This document shows, in pieces, positions 1 through 6,334 of a DNA stretch of 8,034 bases. The DNA lies in contig JAQVDW010000021.1 of NCBI GenBank assembly GCA_028698185.1, forward strand, positions 26,320-34,353, given 5' to 3'. The translations under genes and the position numbers were made by a program. The stretch comes from Erysipelotrichaceae bacterium (lineage in GTDB: Bacteria > Bacillota_I > Bacilli_A > Erysipelotrichales > Coprobacillaceae). Under the pieces are notes generated by a model. It did not search any database. It had not been told where the DNA came from and saw only the letters and a list, made by a program, of their open reading frames with translations. Each line of letters starts with the position of its first letter. Position 1 is the stretch's first letter.

Positions 1-42
1 AAAGTCACAAAAAAAGTGGCGCTGTTTTCATGTAAAATAAAT

Positions 43-62
43 TAATTCACACTAATTCACAT
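43..62 (+). repeat. Tandem direct repeat TAATTCACA(C/T) x2 with 10-nt phasing
   Basis: TAATTCACAC occupies 43-52 and TAATTCACAT occupies 53-62. The two copies are adjacent, one helical turn apart. Confidence 0.85.
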
Positions 63-93
63 AACTTAAAATCAAAAAATCACAAAATTGCAG

Positions 94-112
94 AAAATCA
101 CATTGTGAAGAA
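94..112. repeat. Inverted box pair AAAATCACA-t-TGTGAAGAA
   Basis: TCACA at 98-102 and TGTGA at 104-108 are separated by a single T. Confidence 0.8.
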
Positions 113-148
113 ATTATGTTGAATCCGTGCGAAAAATTTGTGATGGAG

Positions 149-167
149 AAATTCACATTGTGAAATT
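149..167. repeat. Near-perfect 19-nt palindrome AAATTCACA-t-TGTGAAATT
   Basis: The left arm is AAATTCACA (149-157). The right arm TGTGAAATT (159-167) has reverse complement AATTTCACA, so the arms differ at one position. A degenerate copy, GAAATTCAACATTGAAC, lies at 252-268. Confidence 0.8.
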
Positions 168-272
168 AGGGAAAATTGAATGTTAGGAACATATAATCTC
201 ACGTTAAGAAACATATTTTGCGACGAATTGAACTTAAGTATGAATAATTTGGAAATTCAACATTGAACTCAT

Positions 273-296
273 AAAATCACAAATAAATGTGACTTT
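273..296. repeat. Copy A of the 16-nt element TCACAAATAAATGTGA (inverted box pair, 6-nt spacer)
   Basis: 277-292 is identical to 492-507. With flanks, aaaaTCACAAATAAATGTGActtt compares with aaagTCACAAATAAATGTGAattt. Confidence 0.85.
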
Positions 297-487
297 CTTT
301 GGCACAGGGTTATTTTAAAAAGTAGCCAATTGAATTAATAGCGGTTATTTGGGCTTCCACAGCGCCTAGATGTCGATCATTTTCTAAGCGGTATCTCCTG
401 GATTCAAGAGAAATACGATTGTCACGACAGCTTAGATAAGCTAGGATTTAATCGAAACACACTGATTGTAATAAAAACTACGGAGAA

Positions 488-511
488 AAAGTCACAAATA
501 AATGTGAATTT
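488..511. repeat. Copy B of the 16-nt element TCACAAATAAATGTGA
   Basis: 492-507 is identical to 277-292 and lies 215 nt downstream of copy A. Confidence 0.85.
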
Positions 512-578
512 AAAATAAACATAAACGTATTTGATTCGCGGCAATGATCAGGAAATTATTAGGTTATGAATTTTTTTA

Positions 579-602
579 GATTTAATCGTAATTATTTAAT
601 CG
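579..602 (+). repeat. Two adjacent copies of ATTTAATCG (a third copy lies at 446-454)
   Basis: GATTTAATCG is at 579-588, TATTTAATCG at 593-602, and GATTTAATCG at 445-454. All three are in the same orientation in the AT-rich stretch just upstream of the rpmH promoter. Confidence 0.7.
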
Positions 603-630
603 GTATGACCCAAAAAAAGAAAAAATTAAT

Positions 631-660
631 TTGACTTTACACCTTGAGTTAGTATATAAT
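631..660 (+). promoter_or_regulatory. Sigma-A type promoter of rpmH
   Basis: TTGACT (631-636), an 18-nt spacer, then TATAAT (655-660). An A-rich UP-like tract (cccaaaaaaagaaaaaattaa, 610-630) precedes it. The predicted leader to the ATG at 714 is about 45 nt. Confidence 0.7.
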
Positions 661-713
661 TGTTGAGCATATGTTAAATGTATAAAAAAATTGTATTATG
701 GAGGTGTAACTTT

Positions 714-848
714 ATGAAAAGAACATATCAACCAAATAAACGCAAAAGAGCAAAAACTCATGGTTTCAGAGCAAGAATGGCAACAGTAGGTGGAAGAAAA
801 GTACTCGCACGTCGCCGTAAAAGAGGAAGAAAGAGTTTAACAGTTTAA
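714..848 (+). CDS. rpmH: 50S ribosomal protein L34
   Basis: ATG at 714, TAA at 846-848. The translation is [44 protein letters not shown] (44 aa), a textbook L34 sequence. The SD GGAGGTG lies at 700-706, 7 nt before the ATG. The gene is absent from the ORF track only because it is short. Confidence 0.97.
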   Translation: MKRTYQPNKRKRAKTHGFRARMATVGGRKVLARRRKRGRKSLTV

Positions 849-852
849 AAAA

Positions 853-881
853 GATCCACTTTATGAGTGGATCTTTTTCTT
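853..881 (+). terminator. Rho-independent terminator or attenuator between rpmH and rnpA
   Basis: The stem is GATCCACT (853-860) paired with AGTGGATC (866-873), with loop TTATG, followed by TTTTTCTT (874-881). The upstream AAAA can extend the stem. Confidence 0.75.
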
Positions 882-891
882 ACAATTTATT

Positions 892-1245
892 ATGAAAAAA
901 GAATATCGAGTTAAAAGAAATGAAGATTTTTCAAAAATTATTGGCCGCAAAAACAGCGTAGCCAATAAATCATTTATTGTTTACTCTGCTCAAAATGAAA
1001 TGAACCATGTGCGATTGGGAATATCAGTATCCAAAAAATTAGGAAATGCCGTAATTAGAAACAAAATTAAGCGGCAAATAAGGTCTATGGCCGACGAAAT
1101 TGTAGATTTAAATTTGGCAAATGACTATATTATCATAGCAAGAAAAGATTATTTATTGTATAATTATGAAGATAATAAAAGATCATTAGAGAAACTGATG
1201 ATAAAAATTAATAAGAGGATGGGAAAAAATGTTCGTACTAGATAG
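892..1245 (+). CDS. rnpA: Ribonuclease P protein component
   Basis: 117 aa. The N-terminus MKKEYRVKRNEDFSKI and the conserved basic RNR-type motif GNAVIRNKIKRQIR are present. The position right after rpmH is canonical. No SD is visible in the 20 nt before the ATG at 892. Confidence 0.94.
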   Translation: MKKEYRVKRNEDFSKIIGRKNSVANKSFIVYSAQNEMNHVRLGISVSKKLGNAVIRNKIKRQIRSMADEIVDLNLANDYIIIARKDYLLYNYEDNKRSLEKLMIKINKRMGKNVRTR

Positions 1246-2143
1246 AAATTCTAAGAAATACCTAAAGCTGGCTATTCTGATGTTGGTTTTGGTTGCTTTA
1301 ACTGGCTGTACAAGAAATATTGATTCCAATGGAGTCCTGATTGCTGATCGTGCAATCAATTCATCGACACCATGGAATATGGCAAACGGAATATTTGATT
1401 TTATTTTGGTAATTCCTTTGGCAAAACTGATTCTGATGATAACTGACATCTTTGGCAATGTGGCTGCCGGGGTTGTTGCAGTAACTATCATAGTAAATAT
1501 CATTATCTTGCCGGTAATGATCAAATCTACGGTTTCTACTCAAAGAATGCAGTTGGTTCAACCCGAAGTGTTGAAAATCCAAAACAAATACCGTGGCCGC
1601 AAAGATCAAGCATCTCAAATGAGAATGCAGCAGGAAATCAGTGAACTTTACAAGAAAAACAATGTCAGCATGTTTGGATCACTGACAACTTTGGTTACTT
1701 TGCCTATCATGATTGCAATGTGGCAATCTGTTCAAAGAATTGAGATTCTTTATGGTACGGTTTTCCTTGGAATCAACTTAGGTTCAATCCCAATGGGACA
1801 AATCACCGGCGGGAATTTTGCATACCTTGCCTTGATTCTATTGGTTGGTGTCACCCAATTCTTTGGAATTCAGATGACCAACATCATGATGAAGAAGAAA
1901 AACACATATCGTGAAACGGCTCAAACCAAACAGTTGAAAATGACAAACAACATCATGACCGTGTTTATCATCTATATGGCCGCAATCATGCCAGCGGCGA
2001 TGTCATTATACTGGATCACTACAAACGTTATCAACATCATTAGAACATGGTATATTTATGAGCACCATGTTGAAGAGAAAAAACGCTCAGAACCTGAAAT
2101 TCCTGATTATGTAAAAAGAGATGAAACAAATAAAGACAAATAA
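1229..2143 (+). CDS. yidC: Membrane protein insertase YidC (Gram-positive lipoprotein type, SpoIIIJ/YidC-like)
   Basis: 304 aa. The signal peptide has a lipobox (LVLVALTGC). It has multiple TM segments and a charged C-terminal tail. SD AAGAGGA lies at 1213-1219. The gene overlaps the rnpA 3' end by 17 nt. The rpmH-rnpA-yidC-jag order is conserved. Confidence 0.92.
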   Translation: MFVLDRNSKKYLKLAILMLVLVALTGCTRNIDSNGVLIADRAINSSTPWNMANGIFDFILVIPLAKLILMITDIFGNVAAGVVAVTIIVNIIILPVMIKSTVSTQRMQLVQPEVLKIQNKYRGRKDQASQMRMQQEISELYKKNNVSMFGSLTTLVTLPIMIAMWQSVQRIEILYGTVFLGINLGSIPMGQITGGNFAYLALILLVGVTQFFGIQMTNIMMKKKNTYRETAQTKQLKMTNNIMTVFIIYMAAIMPAAMSLYWITTNVINIIRTWYIYEHHVEEKKRSEPEIPDYVKRDETNKDK

Positions 2144-2155
2144 GAAGGTGTAATA

Positions 2156-2755
2156 ATGAAATTTTATAGCGGAAAAACTTTAGATGACGCATTGGCGAAT
2201 GCGTGCGAAGCTTTACAAGCAAGCCGCCAGGAGATCTATTACGATATAATCAAAGAGACTAAAACTTTGTTTACCAAAAAGGTGGAGATAAGATGTTTCA
2301 CCCAGGATATGGTCCGTGAATATGTGGAAAATTATATCAAGGATATTGTTTCAGGTATGGAGTTTGAAGTGGAGACTGTTTCTTATATTCAAGACGGCAG
2401 AATCTATTGCAATATCAACACCGATCATAATTCGATCCTGATTGGCCGCGGTGGAGTGATCCTTAGAGCACTGACAGTTATTGCCCGCTCTTCGGTAAGC
2501 AATATCTTCAACAAGAGATTCGAAATAAGTTTGGATATCAATGGTTATAAAGAGGAACGCTATAAAAAAGTATCATCGATGGCTCGACGCCTGGCAAAAC
2601 AGGTTCAAAGGACCAAGCATAAAGTTGAACTTGATCCGATGCCGGCTGATGAAAGAAAAGTTATGCACAAGGTTATCGATGAATTCGATCATGTAAAAAC
2701 GGAATCTGTTGGCGAAGGCCGCAACCGCCACATGGTAATTTCTTATTATGAATAA
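2156..2755 (+). CDS. jag: Jag/KhpB RNA-binding protein (Jag_N + KH + R3H)
   Basis: 199 aa. It carries a KH-type GxxG motif (IGRGGVILRAL) and a C-terminal R3H-like segment (ERKVMHKVIDEF...). SD AAGGTG lies at 2145-2150. The position after yidC is canonical. Confidence 0.9.
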   Translation: MKFYSGKTLDDALANACEALQASRQEIYYDIIKETKTLFTKKVEIRCFTQDMVREYVENYIKDIVSGMEFEVETVSYIQDGRIYCNINTDHNSILIGRGGVILRALTVIARSSVSNIFNKRFEISLDINGYKEERYKKVSSMARRLAKQVQRTKHKVELDPMPADERKVMHKVIDEFDHVKTESVGEGRNRHMVISYYE

Positions 2756-2760
2756 TAAAA

Positions 2761-2796
2761 AGCACTATCTCCAGTCAAATATGGGGTAGTGCTTTT
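2761..2796. terminator. Bidirectional rho-independent terminator shared by jag (+) and the oxidoreductase (-)
   Basis: The stem AGCACTATCTC (2761-2771) pairs with GGGGTAGTGCT (2783-2793), including two G-U pairs, around an 11-nt loop. AAAAA flanks it on the left and TTT on the right, so it reads as a hairpin plus U-tract on both strands. Confidence 0.65.
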
Positions 2797-2808
2797 AAAT
2801 TGTTTCTA

Positions 2809-3765
2809 TTAGAACAGATTACCTGTCAGTTTGGCTTTTTCCAGGACTTCCATGACATCAATGGTGTGTTGAAGCAGCCTTGTCATCGAGCTGTAATCAT
2901 TGTTGTTCATTATATTGGCAAAATTTTCAAACTCGGGAACCATGCGATGGATATTGTTGCTTGGCAGTGCCTGTTTTGATTGGTCATTCAATTGGATGTA
3001 GTTGTCGCTTAATGTGGATACAGGTCCTTGGATCTGGATGGAACCCTTGTTTCCCTGGATTGTGGACATGATAGGAGCTGAGGTGTCTTTGGATGCGATG
3101 CATACCGCCTTGAATCCGGGATATTCCAATATCAGGACCCCTGAGGTGTCAACGCCTTTTTCAATATTGGGATAGTAATGGACCTTTTCCGGTTTGGAGA
3201 ACAGGCCGACGACAAAATGGATATTGTAAATATTCAAGTCGAATAAAGCGCCTCCTCCTTTGGTTTTGTCAAAGGCAGGTAATATGATACCCTGTTTGAA
3301 TGAATCATATCGTGAAGAATATTGTGAATAGTTGCAGCTAACGATTCTCACATCACCAAGGTTTTTAAGCTGATTTTTGATCTGTTCAAAGGCTGGAAGG
3401 TGGATATTGGTTATCGCTTCGAAGAGATAAAGATTATTCTTTAGTGCCAGTTCTTTTAGCTCGATTGCATCATCAAGGTTCAATGTGAATGATTTTTCAA
3501 CAATCGCACTTTTGCCATTTAGCAGTGCTCTTTTCGTATATTCGTAGTGCATGTAATTTGATATTCCTATATAGACTGTATCGATATCGCTTTTCAAGAA
3601 ACCATCATAGTCATCATAATATACGATGTCATTGTTGCGAGTCAGTTCCCGGCCTTTCTCTGGATCACGGCAATATAATGACGTGACTTCGATACCATCT
3701 ATTTCAAATATAAATTCAAGCACAGTTTGGACAATCATTCCACTGCCTACGAGTCCTAGTTTCAT
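2809..3765 (-). CDS. Gfo/Idh/MocA family NAD(P)-dependent oxidoreductase
   Basis: 318 aa counted from MKLGLVGSGMIVQT (Rossmann GxGxxG at the N-terminus). It has a VEKSF motif in place of the family EKP motif, and GGGALFDLNIYNIHF typical of the C-terminal domain. SD AGGAG (minus strand, 3773-3777) sits 7 nt before the ATG at 3765. The 22-codon extension in the ORF track (to 3831) has no SD and would start upstream of the predicted promoter. Confidence 0.88.
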   Translation of the reverse strand: MKLGLVGSGMIVQTVLEFIFEIDGIEVTSLYCRDPEKGRELTRNNDIVYYDDYDGFLKSDIDTVYIGISNYMHYEYTKRALLNGKSAIVEKSFTLNLDDAIELKELALKNNLYLFEAITNIHLPAFEQIKNQLKNLGDVRIVSCNYSQYSSRYDSFKQGIILPAFDKTKGGGALFDLNIYNIHFVVGLFSKPEKVHYYPNIEKGVDTSGVLILEYPGFKAVCIASKDTSAPIMSTIQGNKGSIQIQGPVSTLSDNYIQLNDQSKQALPSNNIHRMVPEFENFANIMNNNDYSSMTRLLQHTIDVMEVLEKAKLTGNLF

Positions 3766-3795
3766 GGGGAATCTCCTTTTGTTATTTGTACAGCT

Positions 3796-3804
3796 ATTAT
3801 AACA
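3796..3804 (-). promoter_or_regulatory. Extended -10 promoter (TGtTATAAT) for the oxidoreductase gene
   Basis: The reverse complement of 3796-3804 is TGTTATAAT. There is no good -35 at 17 nt (TTCAAA lies only 14 nt away). The predicted TSS is about 25 nt upstream of the ATG at 3765. Confidence 0.45.
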
Positions 3805-3937
3805 CAAATGGGTGATTTGAAAAAATAACACAGTATCTAAACTTGTTTAATTGCAAAATTATGGTAAATTAATAGGGTAGAACAATTATTGATAACAAAT
3901 ATGATTATTAAATAAAATGAAGGAAGCAGGATGGAAC

Positions 3938-5272
3938 ATGGAAAATGATATTATTGTTGCAGTCGCAACAAGTCGTTTGGAGGCGGCAATATCGGTTATT
4001 CGAGTCTCAGGTAAGGATTGCATTGATTTTGTGCAGTCATTTTTTACCGGCAAGATAGCCAATAAGGCGAGCCACACATTAACATATGGTTTTTTAAAAG
4101 ACGCCGGCCAAAAGGTAGATGAAGTGATGGTAAGCATTTACCGTGGCACCAAGACCTTTACCGGTGAGGAAATGGTGGAAATAAGCTGTCATGGTGGGGT
4201 TTTCATCACCAACCAGGTATTGCAGCTTTGTCTCAATAAAGGGGCAAGGATGGCTGATAGAGGTGAATTTACCAAGCGGGCTTTTTTGAACGGCCGCATC
4301 GACCTTGCACAGTCGGAAGCCGTGCTGGATCTGATCACCGCCAAAAATGAGATTGCCAGTCAGTTGGCGCTTAAGGGTATTCAGGGAAGCATTTCAACTT
4401 TCATCAACGACCTTGAAGAGGAATTGATTGCCCTGATAACCAATATCGAAGTCAATATCGATTATCCCGAATATCTCGATATCGAACAGCTGACTACTGA
4501 GGTGCTTCTGGAAAGATCGGTCGGGCTGAAGCTAAAGATGGATCGGATTTTGGAAGATTCAAAAAATGTCAAACTTGTAAAAGACGGGATATCGACGGTA
4601 ATCATAGGAAAACCGAATGTCGGTAAGAGCAGTCTATTGAATGCCTTGTTGAAGGAAGATAAGGCGATTGTCACCGATATCGCGGGAACCACCAGGGATA
4701 TCGTAGAGGGGGATATATCGATTGACGGAATCATGTTAAACATAATCGATACAGCCGGAATCCGGGAAACCGACAACATGATTGAAGCAATCGGAGTCTC
4801 TAAATCGCGGGGACTGATCGACCAAGCCGATTTGGTATTGTTGGTTCTTGACGGATCAAAAGACCTTGAAAAAGAAGATAATGAATTGATCGAGCTTACG
4901 GATAAGACGAACCGCATCGTAGTGATCAACAAATCCGACCAGGGACTAAAAATCGAACTTGAAGGAGTCAAAATCAGTGCCAAAAACCAGGAAATCCACG
5001 AGTTGATAGCCGAAATCAAAAAGTTGTTTGATCTGGGCATGATTGCCAAAAACAGCGATCACCTCCTGACCAATGTGCGCCAGAACCAGCTATTGTATCA
5101 GGCTAGTCAGGCGCTTGACAGCGCAATCGAGGCTATGAACAATCTGATTCCTCCCGATCTGGTTGTCGAGGACCTGTATGAGGCATGGAGCTGCGTTAAA
5201 GAAATTTTAGGCCAAGAAGCCAAGGAAGATCTTTTGGATGAATTATTCAAAAGATTCTGCATAGGTAAATAA
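3938..5272 (+). CDS. mnmE: tRNA modification GTPase MnmE (TrmE/ThdF)
   Basis: 444 aa counted from MENDIIVAVATS, the usual MnmE N-terminus. G-domain motifs GKPNVGKSSLLNAL, DTAGIRET and NKSD are present, as is the C-terminal CIGK motif. AGGA at 3928-3931 lies 6 nt before the ATG at 3938. The track's ATG at 3917 has no SD. Confidence 0.95.
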   Translation: MENDIIVAVATSRLEAAISVIRVSGKDCIDFVQSFFTGKIANKASHTLTYGFLKDAGQKVDEVMVSIYRGTKTFTGEEMVEISCHGGVFITNQVLQLCLNKGARMADRGEFTKRAFLNGRIDLAQSEAVLDLITAKNEIASQLALKGIQGSISTFINDLEEELIALITNIEVNIDYPEYLDIEQLTTEVLLERSVGLKLKMDRILEDSKNVKLVKDGISTVIIGKPNVGKSSLLNALLKEDKAIVTDIAGTTRDIVEGDISIDGIMLNIIDTAGIRETDNMIEAIGVSKSRGLIDQADLVLLVLDGSKDLEKEDNELIELTDKTNRIVVINKSDQGLKIELEGVKISAKNQEIHELIAEIKKLFDLGMIAKNSDHLLTNVRQNQLLYQASQALDSAIEAMNNLIPPDLVVEDLYEAWSCVKEILGQEAKEDLLDELFKRFCIGK

Positions 5273-5273
5273 T

Positions 5274-5495
5274 ATGAGTCGTAAAGAAGTGATAATCTAT
5301 TCATACGAAAAATACAGCATTTACATCTTACGGGCAGTCATTTTTGCCTTGATTGTATTTGTGATTGCATTCATCTCAAGTTTGTTTATTACGGTGATGG
5401 GAATAATTGCCTATTTCGCTCTGACACTGCTTATAATCAGCTTTGTGCAGTATCTGGTCTTGAAATTGGTGTTATATTTTTTAAAAAGGAAGTAG
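5274..5495 (+). CDS. Hypothetical small membrane protein (73 aa, predicted 2-TM hairpin)
   Basis: The ATG begins 1 nt after the mnmE stop. The ORF fills the whole mnmE-mscS gap and ends 11 nt before the next start. It has a basic N-terminus (SRKE) and C-terminus (KRK) flanking about 55 hydrophobic residues. I recognise no family. A 73-codon open frame is unlikely by chance in AT-rich DNA. Confidence 0.55.
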   Translation: MSRKEVIIYSYEKYSIYILRAVIFALIVFVIAFISSLFITVMGIIAYFALTLLIISFVQYLVLKLVLYFLKRK

Positions 5496-5506
5496 TGGAG
5501 GTTTAA

Positions 5507-6334
5507 ATGGATTCAAAAGAATTATTAGCGAATTTGGACAAACTCTTCGTTGACGGAGCATTCAATGCTTTGATCACAATAGTAGGGGTATTTTTAGCAA
5601 GCAAAGTCTTGTTCAAGATCATCAGAAAAGCGGTTAACAGGACCACTTTGGAAAACAAAACACTGATAGTAAAGGTCATCATTACAAGTTTGAAAGTGAT
5701 TGCCGTTGTGATTGTATTGATGCAGTTTACTTTTACCAAAAGCATCGGCGGGGCGTTGCTGGCATCGGGAGGTATTGTTGCTGTGACGATCGGTCTTGCA
5801 TCCCAGGAAGCGGCATCAGGCGTGGTCAGCGGATTCATGCTCACGATTTCCAAACCATTTGAGATTGGCGATTATATATCTTTGCCAGCACAGGGAATTG
5901 AAGGCTATATCATCCAGATGAACATCCGCCATTCCGTGGTTGAAACTTTTGACAAGACGACATTCATCGTCCCAAATGCGACGTTGAATCAGTCTATCAT
6001 TGAAAATTACAGCTATAACAAGGATTACAAGGTAACCAGGTTGACTGTATCGATTGCCTATGAGGCGGATATTGACAAGGCTATCGAGATAATCAAAGAG
6101 GAAGCTAAGAAACACCCGCTGTATATTGATGTACGTCAGGATCCAACGCAAGTCGAAATACCTGTTATCATAACCGCATTGGCGGACAGCTCCATCAACC
6201 TCCGCGCTTCAATTACAACAAAAGATTTTCTTGATCGCTATAAGGTTGCGGCTGACCTGAATATGGCAGTATTCAAAAGATTCAAGGAAGAGGGCATTGA
6301 AATACCATATCCACATTTGCATATCATCAAGTAA
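5507..6334 (+). CDS. Mechanosensitive ion channel, MscS family (small-conductance)
   Basis: 275 aa with three N-terminal TM segments. The pore-helix and beta-domain signature GGIVAVTIGLASQEAASGVVSGFMLTISKPFEIGDYI is present, with an alpha/beta C-terminal domain. SD GGAGG lies at 5497-5501. Confidence 0.9.
   Translation: MDSKELLANLDKLFVDGAFNALITIVGVFLASKVLFKIIRKAVNRTTLENKTLIVKVIITSLKVIAVVIVLMQFTFTKSIGGALLASGGIVAVTIGLASQEAASGVVSGFMLTISKPFEIGDYISLPAQGIEGYIIQMNIRHSVVETFDKTTFIVPNATLNQSIIENYSYNKDYKVTRLTVSIAYEADIDKAIEIIKEEAKKHPLYIDVRQDPTQVEIPVIITALADSSINLRASITTKDFLDRYKVAADLNMAVFKRFKEEGIEIPYPHLHIIK

Larger units (their letters stand above)
1..511. promoter_or_regulatory. Putative DnaA-box cluster (oriC sub-region, presumed dnaA-rpmH intergenic tract)
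   Basis: TCACA starts at 5, 47, 57, 80, 98, 153, 277 and 492. TGTGA starts at 104, 139, 159, 288 and 503. That is 13 cores in 511 nt, against roughly 1 expected by chance at this composition (rough estimate). Read as 9-mers they are AAAGTCACA x3, TAATTCACA x2, AAAATCACA x3, AAATTCACA x2, AATTTCACA, TTCTTCACA and TCCATCACA, i.e. 6-8/9 matches to the relaxed DnaA-box consensus TTWTNCACA. Extra CACA-type near matches are TTTGGCACA at 298-306 and GCTTCCACA at 353-361. The tract has no ORF of 60 aa or more. It lies directly upstream of rpmH, where Bacillota usually carry the dnaA-upstream half of oriC. Confidence 0.55.

Noticed and set aside
195-213. parS-like sequence (aatCTCACGTtAAgAAACA)
   Set aside because: Only about 10/16 positions match the Bacillota parS consensus TGTTNCACGTGAAACA, and the palindromic symmetry is lost.
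1-511. The repeats could be a CRISPR array or a MITE with terminal inverted repeats
   Set aside because: The repeat units are only 9-16 nt, irregularly spaced (10 to 215 nt) and in mixed orientation. There are no uniform spacers, no cas genes and no transposase. The 16-nt pair is in direct rather than inverted orientation, and it is itself made of two box motifs. An insertion origin for the 293-491 island is not fully excluded (see findings).
1-713. tRNA, rRNA, tmRNA, SRP RNA or RNase P RNA in the long non-coding tract
   Set aside because: I saw no T-loop GGTTCGAAT-type motif, no cloverleaf, no tmRNA 5'-GGGG/3'-CCACCA ends, and none of the SRP or RNase P conserved blocks.
1186-1618. Minus-strand ORFs 1186..1524 (112 aa) and 1361..1618 (85 aa)
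   Set aside because: They lie entirely antisense to rnpA and yidC, which have strong family signatures. The products are low-complexity, no SD is present, and they are typical shadow ORFs.
2040-2222. Minus-strand ORF of 60 aa spanning the yidC-jag junction
   Set aside because: It is antisense to two well-supported genes, has no SD, and its sequence is not recognisable.
2880-3686. Plus-strand ORFs 2880..3071 (63 aa) and 3489..3686 (65 aa)
   Set aside because: They are antisense shadows inside the Gfo/Idh/MocA oxidoreductase CDS. Their Cys/His-rich composition is implausible for a real protein.
3766-3831. 22-codon N-terminal extension of the oxidoreductase
   Set aside because: The Rossmann fold starts at MKLGLVGSG. 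AGGAG precedes that ATG by 7 nt, and the extension would begin upstream of the extended -10 promoter.
3917-3937. Upstream ATG at 3917 for mnmE
   Set aside because: It has no SD, whereas the ATG at 3938 has AGGA 6 nt upstream and gives the usual MnmE N-terminus. The evidence is not decisive, and the difference is only 7 codons.
3886-4137. Minus-strand ORF of 83 aa
   Set aside because: It is antisense to the conserved N-terminal domain of mnmE and has no translation signals.
4462-5304. Minus-strand ORFs 4462..5049 (195 aa) and 5107..5304 (65 aa)
   Set aside because: Although long, they are antisense to the MnmE G-domain and C-terminal domain. Their Ser/Ile/Phe-rich composition is the mirror image of a Glu/Asp/Lys-rich sense frame, and they show no motifs.
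5503-6151. Minus-strand ORFs 5503..5853 (116 aa) and 5816..6151 (111 aa)
   Set aside because: They are antisense shadows of the MscS gene, whose sense frame carries the diagnostic channel motif.
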